Shown here one piece after another: positions 1 to 11,107 of a stretch of 64,000 nucleotides of DNA. A program made the position numbers and the translations under genes. The stretch is from Chrysomallon squamiferum (lineage: Eukaryota > Animalia > Mollusca): assembly GCA_012295275.1 (NCBI GenBank), contig CM022669.1:9176001-9240000 (forward strand), in the 5' to 3' direction. The stretch's first letter is position 1. Every line of letters starts with the position of its first letter. Under the pieces are notes generated by a model. It saw nothing but the letters and a program-made list of their open reading frames with translations. It was not told the DNA's origin and made no database searches.

Positions 1-12
1 TTATAATAACAG

Positions 13-72
13 TTTTATTTGATGACTCAGTTTTAGGAACGGTACAAGATAACAAGAGGTTCAGAAAAAGTG
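13..72 (+). CDS. Putative upstream exon (propeptide region) of the Hint/Hog gene; the gene start lies before the window
   Basis: AG at 11-12 (alternative AG at 35-36, same phase) and GTTAGT donor at 73. Open in phase 1 (xLFDDSVLGTVQDNKRFRKS) and phase-compatible with the exon at 500. No homology support. Confidence 0.35.
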
Positions 73-295
73 GTTAGTGTCAATGTTTGTTTTGTATTAT
101 CTCTTTATCTGTCTGTGTGTATGTTATTCTGTCCTTTCTTCTTTCTCATTTGTTTCTATTTGTTTTCTTCTCCGCGTCTCTCTCATGTCTTTTTTTTTAT
201 TCAGTTTCTGTTTTTCTCTCTTCTTGTATCTTTCTTTGTTTCTCTATGAATTTCTTTCACTTTCTGTGTTTACGTCTTCATCTCTTTCTAAATTA

Positions 296-368
<73 letters not shown>

Positions 369-402
369 TGTATATATTATATGTGTATATATGTGTACGT
401 AG

Positions 403-453
<51 letters not shown>

Positions 454-499
454 TGTGATGTTTATAAACTCAAAGAAGATAATTCTGTGTTTATTTCAG

Positions 500-525
500 C
501 ACGACTGATTGGACGGAAAAGAAGT
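500..525 (+). CDS. Putative micro-exon of the Hint/Hog gene encoding (A)RLIGRKRS, a convertase-type site
   Basis: TTTCAG acceptor ending at 499. Donor GTTTGT at 526 joins in frame to the CAG acceptor ending at 1119; alternatively GTAAAT at 530 joins to the TAG ending at 1123. Both give RKRS-V-(V/L)-PYNYC. Confidence 0.45.
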
Positions 526-650
526 GTTTGTAAATGTTGATTGTTCAGATTTTGAGATGGTTGCTGAATTGTAACTGTTTCAAAATTTAATGTCACCAGA
601 ACTGCTACTACTACTACTACTACTTCTACTACTACTACTACTACTACTAT

Positions 651-694
<44 letters not shown>

Positions 695-863
695 TGAAAA
701 CCTGTTTTAAGACCAAGCTAATGCGTCCAGTCTTTATTTCTTTCCTTTCGTCTTTCTTCCGTCGTTTTTTCTTTCTGTTTCTGATGTTGTTTAGTGAACA
801 CTGAATGACGCGTGAATTCTGGATATGACATGTGCACGTGTGTATGTTGTTCTGTGTGCGCGC

Positions 864-902
<39 letters not shown>

Positions 903-1119
903 TGTGTATGTTAGGCTGTGTGTGTGTGTGTGTGCGTGCAAGGTAAAATGTTGTATTTATTATTATTTAATTCAGGGACATTCCTGTTAATCTTTATTTG
1001 AAATGCTTAATTATTGTTTTCAGGATTCTCAATATTATTGTTGCTATTATTATTATTATTATTACTACTACCATTACTACTATTACTTTATTTATTTATT
1101 TGTTTATTATTATTATCAG

Positions 1120-1342
1120 GTAGTACCTTATAATTATTGTGCGTGTACCTTGAATGGGGCGAAAATGTACTCACCCAAAGATTCGTGTGAGTGCGGCTGT
1201 GAAGAAAGTTACGAGACAGAAGATAAGTGCTGTAAAGCATGTGAACACAGTAGTTGTTTCCATGGTGACAGTGAAGTTGTGCTAGCAGACGGGTCGGTGT
1301 TGAAAATGAAGGATCTTGCTGCTGGACGGAAGATTCTGACTG
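1120..1342 (+). CDS. Hedgehog-related Hint/Hog protein exon: Cys-rich peptide plus Hint N-terminus
   Basis: Translates VVPYNYCACTLNGAKMYSPKDSCECGCEESYETEDKCCKACEHSS|CFHGDSEVVLADGSVLKMKDLAAGRKILT. CF-x-G-D-S...K-M-K-D-L-x-x-G matches Hint block A (Cys codon 1255-1257). CAG acceptor; GTGAGT donor at 1343 (phase 1). Confidence 0.9.
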
Positions 1343-1494
1343 GTGAGTAAATTACGTGCCTCGTCGCTAAGTGAAGATCCTGATTATTCGTTTCTGAACT
1401 TTATTTTTTTTCCCCATCCACTGAAGTGATACCCAGAGGTACCTAGAAATAATGATGTTACCTGAACCTAACTCGCTGTCAGTACGTGCTTTCT

Positions 1495-1690
1495 GATGGA
1501 CGTAACTGTGTGATTGTGAACGTAACACGGTGTGTATATGGACATAGCTCAGAATGTTTGTGGACGTACCTCAGAATGTTTGTGGACGTAACTCAGTATG
1601 ATTGTGAACGAAACTCTGTTTGTCGAGGTAACTATATATTTGTAGAGATAACAATATTTGTGGATATAACTCTGTCTGTGGAAGCACGTA
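1495..1690. repeat. Degenerate ~22-bp tandem repeat (GTGGACGTAACTCAGAATGTTT-like), intronic
   Basis: About 9 decaying copies read directly. Confidence 0.7.
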
Positions 1691-1702
1691 TGTACTATGA
1701 AT

Positions 1703-2008
1703 GACACTAAGCTATATTCTAGTTCTATGTTATATGGGTGATATAAACCTATGTTGATAGTTCTTTGTTATAAGAGTGATATTAAGCTATGTTGATAGTC
1801 CTATGTTGTGTGAGTGATATTAACCTATGTTGATAGTCCTATGTTATATGAGTGATATTAACCTGTGTTGATATATCTTTGTTATATGAGTGATATTAAC
1901 CTATGTTGATATTTCTAAGTTATATGACTGACACTAACCTATGTTGATAGTTCTTTGTTATCTGAGTGATATCGACCTGGTTTGATACTTTTGTGTTCTA
2001 TCAGTGAC
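1703..2008. repeat. 38-bp minisatellite (GATATTAACCTATGTTGATAGTCCTATGTTATATGAGT), ~8 copies, intronic
   Basis: Unit starts at 1740 and 1778 give a period of 38. Confidence 0.9.
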
Positions 2009-2345
2009 AGTTGACTGTGTTAACTTTGTTGTGCTGTGATTTCAGACATGATGCTGTGTTGGTGATGAAAACACAACACTTGTACACATAGTGTTCATTT
2101 ACCTGACAGAAATCATAGTATGTTAACGAATGGAGTATCTGTTTGAATCTAGTTGCATTCACTATCAAATATTTTGATGCTAGTGTAGAAATTTAAAAGT
2201 CATTCCTCTCAATGTTAATAAAGCTCGACAAAAAATAAAAATTAAAATTAAAATAAAAAAAATAAAAAAAAATAAAAAAAAATAAAAAATGAAAATGAGT
2301 GATACATGTGTCACTAATCTCTATCACGTGTGATTTATTTTTAAG

Positions 2346-2517
2346 TGGAGAATGGTAAGCGGATATTTTCAGAAGTGAAAACCTTCCTAAAACGACAGCC
2401 AAACGTGAACGTCACATACCGAACGTTAACGACAGAGACAGGAAATCACGTGACCCTCAGTGACGACCATCTGATATTTGTTTCTAACAACAACAGGTCT
2501 GATGACGCAGGGTACAG
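2346..2517 (+). CDS. Hint/Hog protein exon: Hint middle including block B
   Basis: Not in the ORF track. TTTTTAAG acceptor, GTAAAT donor at 2518, phase 1 to phase 2. Translates (V)ENGKRIFSEVKTFLKRQPNVNVTYRTLTTETGNHVTLSDDHLIFVSNNNRSDDAGY(R), matching Hh FSEV..F.DR and LTxxHLIF motifs. Confidence 0.9.
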
Positions 2518-2790
2518 GTAAATCTCACATCGAGGCTCTCTCGTGTCTGTCTGTCTGATCGTGTTGCGGTGCTTGTTAATTATAAACTCGCGACCAGAAG
2601 AAATGTTACCGTTGCTGAATTCAAATTTCAGAAATAATGAAAACGAAAAACAAAAATTGAAGTCGAAGCTAAATCAATGTAAAACACATAGTCCAAAACG
2701 TAACAATAATGTATGAAGAAAACGAGGCCCGCAGACGGCTACGAAGTTTGTTTGTTTTTTGGGGAGGGTCGTGTCAGGCAGTGCGTGAAT

Positions 2791-2864
2791 GTACTGAGGT
2801 AGTGTGTGGTCTCTGTACTGAGGGAGGGTGTGGTCTCTGTACTGAGGTAGGGTGTGGTCTCTGT
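2791..2864. repeat. 24-bp tandem repeat x3 (GTACTGAGGTAGGGTGTGGTCTCT)
   Basis: Three near-identical copies; explains the RDHTLPQY repeat in the antisense ORF. Confidence 0.9.
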
Positions 2865-3530
2865 TAGTCTTAATCACTGAATCTGAGAGTTTCTCCTGAG
2901 TTCTTCTACCTGCCGTCCATTAAGATGAACGTTTCAGTTTTGTACCACACAGCACGTGGTCAGTTGATGTTATTACTGGATATTGTGTGGTTGCCATTTT
3001 TAGTGTTTATTACCTTTGGCATATATCGCATTCCGTTGATTCTTTTTTTATGTCAACTGGAATGATTTAAATCTATGTAAAATTATCTTCATCATTGCAC
3101 TGACTGTATTCTCGGTTAATAAACAGAAATATATAATTTAAAAATGGTATCTTTTAGAAGTTAAGACAAAATTTATAATGAGATACAGTTGCATACTAAA
3201 CAAAACAGCTTGACTTCAGTATGTTTTTCATTTAATGTCAGCACTAAATCATGAACACAGTCAAATTTCAGTATAGTAATATGTGAAGAACACAGTGATC
3301 AAAACAGACATGGACATTAAGTCATGAAATATTTCATGATAGCTAATTGTTATATACATATACATACACAAATAACAGCAACACCCACGTACAAAAATTC
3401 ACAAACATAAACACAAAACGAGTAACACACAACCACAAACACACACGTGTTATAACGTACATTTTATTCATAATTTTATAATTTCTGGAAAAGTAAAAAG
3501 AACGAAAATAAATAAAAATAATTTTCACAG

Positions 3531-3637
3531 ATTTTCCATGCTCGTGAAAAGAGGTGATTACATTTTCTCAGCTCGATCGTGTTCCAGTGGTCTTTGTCCA
3601 GAGCAAGTCGTCCAAATATCTTTGTCCGTGAAAGAAG
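3531..3637 (+). CDS. Hint/Hog protein exon
   Basis: Not in the ORF track. TTTTCACAG acceptor, GTATAG donor at 3638, phase 2 to phase 1. Translates FSMLVKRGDYIFSARSCSSGLCPEQVVQISLSVKE(G), matching Hh FAxxVxxGDxV...VxxI. Confidence 0.88.
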
Positions 3638-3643
3638 GTATAG

Positions 3644-3908
3644 AGTAGTAGTAGTAGTAGTAGTAGTAGTAGCAGCACAAGCAGTAGTAACAGTAGTAGA
3701 AGTAGTAGCAGTAGTAGTAAGAGTAGTATGACTAATAGTAGTAGTAATAATAGTGATAGTAGTAATAGTCGTAACCGTAGTAGTAGCAATAGTAGTAATT
3801 GTAGTAGTAGTAGTTATAATAGTAGTAGTAATAGTAGTTGTAGTGGTAGTAGTAGTAGCAGCAGCAACAGCAGTAATTGCAGTAGTAGTAGTAGTAGTAG
3901 TAGTAGTA
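3644..3908. repeat. (AGT/AAT/AGC)n compound microsatellite directly after an exon donor
   Basis: Read directly. Confidence 0.95.
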
Positions 3909-4135
3909 AAGTGCGAATGATCATGACGATAATGATATCCATGATGGCAACAACTCTAATGTGAAGACAACTCTTCTGTTCTACTACTGTGAAAAAAAAT
4001 ATATTCAGTCTGTTGCTTATTGCAATTTTTTTTTTTTTTTTAAATATGTCATTGTTTATATTGCATTGCATGCCGTAATTTTTAACGTCATTATTACTTA
4101 AACTATTTGACAAAGATAAATATTTTATTTCATAG

Positions 4136-4368
4136 GTATGTACGTACCAGTCACAGAGACAGGAACTATTGTTGTCGATGGAATTTTTGCTTCAAATTAT
4201 GGGTTTAAGGACCACGGTTTTGAACATTTCATCCTCTCTCCTTTCCGCTTGTTTCCATGGCTACTGAAACCTTGGCAAGAAGACGGATCTAGTCCAGTAA
4301 TAGAAGGAATGAGATATATAGGTGGCTTTTTTATTCCTGGCAATTTCGACTCATTGCCAAGTTTATAA
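4136..4368 (+). CDS. Hint/Hog protein terminal exon: Hint C-terminus plus SRR-like tail
   Basis: TTTCATAG acceptor, phase 1. Translates GMYVPVTETGTIVVDGIFASNYGFKDHGFEHFILSPFRLFPWLL...MRYIGGFFIP...*, matching Hh GxYAPLTxxGTIVVDxVxASCYA and SRR HxxAHxxFAPxRL. AATAAA at 4420-4425. Confidence 0.92.
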
Positions 4369-4816
4369 TCTTGGTTTTTATTTTTTTAGGTATGTCTTGA
4401 TAATGATGAAGAGATACGAAATAAAACAGATATCTGAGAAAGTCATCCGTTTCGCCATTAATGTTTCACTGAATGAGAGAAAAATAAGTTCAAATTTACA
4501 TTTAGTTTCACATTTAGAGTCGGTGAGGTCTTCAGTTATATGAAGTCCTAATGCCTCACCTCTTCTTTTTTTTTTAAATTAGCCAAGCTGGTCTTGGAAA
4601 ACATGTTTTGTAATTATTTAATAGCAAAGTGAACTTTTAAAATGATTTTTAACGACGGTGATTGTGTCAGGTAAAAATAAGTATAAAAGCCCAATCTATA
4701 ATGTTCTTGAGGCCCTGTTTATCTTGTTTCTAAATCCGGCACAGGTCAGAGGTGAAAACAGAATACGTTAAATATTAATTTAAAACACGCATTTTATGTG
4801 TGTGTATGTCATTGTT

Positions 4817-4950
4817 TGTGTGAGCGTATGTTTTATTTGTGCGTGTGTATCATTGCATTTGCTTTGTACGTGTATGGGCGTATGTGTGTGTGTGTGAGCA
4901 TGTGTTTTATTTGTGCGTGTGTATCATTGCATTTGCTTTGTACGTGTATG
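4817..4950. repeat. Local direct duplication of ~60 bp (period ~74)
   Basis: TGTTTTATTTGTGCGTGTGTATCATTGCATTTGCTTTGTACGTGTATG occurs twice. Confidence 0.85.
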
Positions 4951-5172
4951 TGCGCGCGTGTGTGTATGTATGTTTTGAAAATATTTATCTCCGTCAATAT
5001 TTGGCATAGACTTAACACAGTACCTTTAACCATTAAAAAAGAAAACAGTTTCAGTATTTGTAAACGTCCTGACAATCATTCCTTTCTGACCCTGTGACAG
5101 TGACCGTTATTCTGTTTCCTTACAGTATATCTTGAATTCAGCTAAATATTCTGCAAATATAATAGTATTTTA

Positions 5173-5226
<54 letters not shown>

Positions 5227-5611
5227 ATTACCATATTTATATAGCATCCTTTCCATACTAAGTAAGTTCGAGGGTCCTTTACAGTGTAAACTGGCAAACT
5301 AAAATAAAAAGACATTGACATAAACACATTAAAATAAATGTAAACGTAATGGTGAACAAATAAAAATAAAATGAGTCACATTTAAAAACCTTTTTTAAGA
5401 TCGTTAATAGACTATACATTCACAAAGTAGATTTACGAAAAATTTATCTTTAACAGTGTTTTGAATGTAGCTATTCTTTCTGCCTCCCCGATGTTACAAA
5501 CTTGATGCTGCATTTTTCACATGTATCTTCCTTATGCTTTTATTTTTGAATTATTTTATTTTATTTTACTTTAGTTGATATCAAGGTACATGACAGATAT
5601 AAATGCTGAGT

Positions 5612-5612
5612 G

Positions 5613-5645
<33 letters not shown>

Positions 5646-5679
5646 AACAACAACAACAACAACAACTCCTAATAATAAT

Positions 5680-5762
<83 letters not shown>

Positions 5763-5780
5763 GAAGAAGAAGAAGAAGAA
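5612..5780. repeat. Compound (A)n-(CAA)n-(AAT)n-(CAA)n-(AAG)n microsatellite
   Basis: Read directly; representative of dozens of SSR tracts in the window. Confidence 0.95.
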
Positions 5781-6230
5781 GTTCGTTGATGAAGGAAGCA
5801 TAATTCCAGCAGTAATCAGATGAAAAATATATTTTGTGAATTTGGACAAACTTGCAGAGAAATACTGTTATTTTGTTAATATATATATATTTTTTTGCAT
5901 TTTTATTTTTATTTTATTTTATTATTTTTTTGTTTCAGCAGACTGTGTTATAATAAACGATAAAACTGTTGATAATGTTGAAAAGCTGATATGTATACAC
6001 CCCCCGACACACACACACACACACACACAGATAGATAGATAGATTTAGATAAAAATTATGTGCACACTCACATACGCTCAACGTGACATACTGCATGTAA
6101 CAAAGTCACAAATCCAGCAATAAACGATTTATCAGAAAAAATTTCAGTACAACTCGAAAGTTTCTGAATTCGTTTTTGTCACAAATATTTTTGTATTTAT
6201 TTTTCTTTCTTTTCTTTTTTCTTCTTTCTT

Positions 6231-6311
<81 letters not shown>

Positions 6312-8645
6312 AAAATTAAACTGATTAAAAAACTCAATGAGATGCTGCTTATAATTAGGTAAAACCTGTTGAATATCCTATTAAATAATTTTATTCAAAC
6401 AAACCAAAATTAAATGCATTGTTAAGTTTGTTTTGTTGTTGTTATTTATTTTTTATTTTCTGTTTTGTTGTTCTTGTTGTTATTTTTCGATGGAGTTTCC
6501 ACTAGAATATTTTTTTTTACATTGACCACAGACGATACCGACGAAGAAAGACAACACTTACTTCAAGTGTTTGAACGATACATGTTTTCGGAAACAGAGA
6601 TCTTTTGCTAAAAGAAAAATTTTAACCAGTCTGAGTGGGAGCAATCACAGCACAGTTTGCACTGACACATAAACACTTATCTTGACTGGTGAACACCTCA
6701 GTGCAATGTTAGATTACAACAAAGTTATTAAAGTCTACAAAAAGAGAGACTCAGTGTTATACGGTTTAGTGTTTACACACGAAAAAGTCAAAGTTTATTA
6801 CATTATTAGATGTGCTGACACTTCTAAGATTTCTTCTTTTTGTCTGCTGTATTTCAGAACTGCTTACATTTCTCTGTGTGTTCAAAGAAGGAGTGAAACA
6901 CTAAAGTATTAATTTTTGTCACAAAACAGTGACATAATGTAGTCTAGGAAATAAATCTTTAAACTTAGTAAATACTCAAAAGTTTAGTACATTAAACACG
7001 TGAATAAACTGAGAGCGTAATAGGAAAGATTTCCCAAACGTATTGAATAATAATAATAATAATAATTTCTACTGTGTTTTTTTCATCAGTTTTTCCCACT
7101 TTTCCTTTAAACAAGGGCTTAACTGTGTGGAGATACCGAAAATATCCCCAGTATTTAACTTAGTCATTATAGATGAAAATACGGTTTCTTGATAAAGGAA
7201 AAACAATGTCCAAGAGAAAGCAGAAACCTTAAATAGATTTAAAAAAAAAATAGTAGTTTACAGTAACAATCTAAGTTTACGGTCTCGCTCATTAATTTTC
7301 ACAATTTGACAAATTTTTCTCTTTACCCACGTCTGTATTCGTTTGTGATAGAGGTCCTTAAATAAATAAATAAATAAATAAAATAAAATAAAATAAAATA
7401 AAATAAAATATATGTTAACTAAATGAAAAACTTTGTCTAATATACGGTTTTGTTGTCATCGCCAAACTGTTTTGATTTTCCCCAATCTAACAGTTCGTGT
7501 ACCGTAATTATGTTAGCAAAGACCTCGTGTTCTTCGTCACAGTTCAAATTAGAAAATACTGACGACTCTGAATGTGTTCTGTGTTATAACACTTGTCACA
7601 GTCAGACAATACATCAACCTGTGTACAGTAGTCTCTGTGTTTACCAGACACATCATTCTTACTAGCTTATTTGTTTCTTTTTTTTTTTTTTTTTTTCTTT
7701 GTTTTGTTTAGTTTATTTATTTATGTATTCCTTTTTAATTATTTATGTGTTTATTTATTTGTTTGTTTGTTTGTTCATTTTATTCATTTGTCTATTTGTT
7801 GTTGTTTTTTTAATTGTTTGTTTAATTAGTTAGTAATTACTGTTTGCGATTATTTTTATTTTAATATATTGACGTATTTGTCAAAACAATATAATAAAAA
7901 TTAATAATAATAATAATAATAATGATAATGAAAGTTATAATAATATAATATTAAAATACTACTACAAATAATAATAATAATAATAATATGAACCCAAACT
8001 TTTCTTAATTTTTGAATCTTTTTTACTTCTTTTTTTTTCTCTTCCAAGTCGATTCTCTCTCTCTGCTGCAAATTGAAAATCATAAAACATTACCGCTATT
8101 TGAAAAAGAAAATATTTTCCTGTCTGGTTTGTAAAGAGAGAATACTTTTAAACCAAATCGATGTGTATAAACCAAATAACATGCACTTTCGCTTGGTTAT
8201 TGCGTTCTCGGATTCCTGAAAAAAAAAAAAAAATCATTTCATTCGAAATGTTTGGTAGTTTTCTTCTGCAATTCAGTTTTAATATAATTTTTTTTTTTTT
8301 CTACTTCTTGTGTTTTTCAATTTTAAAAAACATTTTTTTTTTTTCTTCACGGCTGATTAAAGATTGAGTTTAGAAGAGAATCCATTAAATGTTTTGAACT
8401 TCGTATTGAGTAGGTTAGTGATTGCGTCGCGTGACGAAACTATGACTGGAATGTGTTACGAAGCAGACATCAATACGTGACGTAATAAGCTGACAGAACC
8501 AGCGTCACGTGATCTTGATGTTATACATGTCTCTGACGTATTCGTGTCAACATTTTAAATGTGAACTTTTAAAAAACTACATTCACTTCATCGTTGACAG
8601 TTAAACAGTCCAGTTTTCATCGCCAGAATTCGAAGGTAGAGGATA

Positions 8646-8683
<38 letters not shown>

Positions 8684-10543
8684 AGCCAGAACATTTCATT
8701 TCAACCGGAATAATTTCTCTAAATATTTCTTTTAAATCATTTGAAATCACTCAGATATTTTTCTAATCTAGAAAATTCTGTGCTAGTTATTTTTTTTTTT
8801 CACTTTGGATTGTAACCATACAGGATACAAAAATACCTTGTTTTTTTATTTTTATTTTTTTATTATTTTTATTTTTTTTTTCTTTATTTTATTGCATCAA
8901 TTTTTATGTGAATCAAATATTTCCTATGATCCTTGGATGAAATACTTTTAACATTCTGGTAAAGTGTATCAAATCTTAAAGTAGTTAATGGGATTATTCA
9001 AGTGAGCTTTTTTCTGACTTCTGTAATAAAAATTGCACCGACTGAATCACTATCTGAAGAGCATTCTATTTGAATTTATGGTTTTTTTGTTTGTTTGTTT
9101 GTTGTTGTAGTTGCTTTTTTTTGTGTGTGTGTGTTTGTTTTTTTTTGTTGTTTTTGTGTCTATTTTTATTGTTTTTGTGACGGCTTTTTCATTGTTGTTT
9201 TTCGGCATCGCAGAAATACTAGAGTCAAACGTTACATTATTGTGAATATTCAATAACATTAAAATGAAATGAGAGTCAGTGGGATTAGGCTCCGTGAACA
9301 AATGATTAACAAAACTGCAAATGAGTGTTACTAAAACTGTGTGCTGTTATTGATTCACAGATCTGTCTAATTATTTTGTAGCAGAACAGCACAAAACCTG
9401 GATGAATAGGAATATCACATCAAACAAATATTTGCATGAAGTGTGACATTAAGCACAATTTACTTTTTCTATTTAAAATCAAATTCATGTCCATCTAGTT
9501 CAGATTTACACACTTCCTACTGGGGTTTTTTTTTCTGTTTAATTTTTATATTTATCTTCACAGAACGTATCCTGTGTGTTGGTGAAAAAAAGGCAAAGCT
9601 CTTTAACAGTATCAATTGTTTGTTAGAAATAAAAATAAAAACAGACTACAAACAACACACAAGAATAACGGAGCTGTGTCTACACGCAAGAATATCACTA
9701 TGTTTTATGTCTGAGTGACTAGACTGACTAATCATTGCTGTCAAAACAAAACGAGTCGTACAACTCTCACTTCAACAACAGATACCTCGTTATCCTCTGA
9801 AGCTAATCTCTCTTGCTCACACATATACATCACTGGCAATTGTGTAATAAAAGTGTTTTATTATCCTGTTAAATGAAGCAATTGATCGTGTGAACGTGGA
9901 GCTGAAAACAAATTGAGTCTGGAAGACATGGCGCACTCTCTCTCTCTCCTTCAAACTTCCGACAGTTCGGCCGCCCTCACTCTCTCTCTCTCACAACCAT
10001 CTGACACGAGTAGCTCAATAGATACTCCATTTTCCAATCCTGCCGTTTTTAATTACATCTTATCAAGGAGAATAAGGCTGTACACCATTCGTGACAGATA
10101 TGCAGTGAAATCAAATTAAATCTTTGTGAGGGTTCGCGCAAGGTAATAGATATCAATCAAAAAAAGTTGCAAGATTTTGGCACAAGGCCACGATCTGTGG
10201 CGAGCAGGAAGAACAGTTCACAAACGCGCGATGTGAAGTGGATGGCGTCATCTGTAATTGAGAAAGACAAAATTTGGAGAAATTATTGTGAAGGATAAAA
10301 AAAAAAAAAAAAAAAATTTAAAAAAAAATAAAATTGGTAAAGTGAGTTTGTTAAAAAAAAAAAAAACAGTGAAATTCTATCAAACGGATAAATGATTGTA
10401 AAAAATATATGACTTTTATTTTAATTGATTATTCTTTTCTTTTTTTTTCTTGTTTTTCTTATTATTTTTATTATCGTTTTCTATTTTGTTTTAGTTTGGT
10501 ATTTTTGGTGTTTTTTTGTTTGTTTATTAGTTTATTTTATTTT

Positions 10544-10594
<51 letters not shown>

Positions 10595-11107
10595 TATATT
10601 TATTTATTTATTTATTTTTTTTTTTTTCTTTGATATTATTATTTTTGGGAAGATAGATAGAGATGTACGTCGATTTACTTTTATACTTTATCTTTCACTG
10701 GGATGTCTTCTTATATTCAGAATTAGTGAGAGGAAAAACCGTGTGTTATGAGATAAAAGCGTTTTCAAAATGTTCAGATGATCACTAGACTGTGTAGAAT
10801 TGTCACAAACATTCACGTCAATCCAAATGCTCCATCCGAGTTACCTCCCTTCCCTCATAATTACAATGTTTATTCAGTGTAGCTGTCTGGTGTCTTCTCT
10901 TTTTCTTTTTGTCTTTCTTCTGTTTTTGTTTACTGATAATGAGTATTTCTGTACGAATGTGTGTTTGTCTGTGTGCCTGTGTCAGTATGTTTGTATATAC
11001 GTGTGGGTGTACGTATATACGTACATGCACTAAATTCAGAAACGGACCTAATTCAATGGGTCTTTACATCCTCTACTGCCATCATTCCTCAACATGCAAA
11101 CGGACAG

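Noticed and set aside
77-941. Long low-complexity ORFs (poly-SL, -CV, -HT, -V, -L, -Y, -ER) here and throughout the ORF track
   Set aside because: They are translations of (CT)n, (GT)n, (TAC)n, (TTA)n and (AG)n microsatellites, with no domain content or splice support.
1120-4368. Calling the gene a true hedgehog (hh) or a self-splicing intein
   Set aside because: No Hedge signalling domain precedes the Hint Cys. There is no His-Asn-(Cys/Ser/Thr) junction or homing endonuclease, and an SRR-like tail follows.
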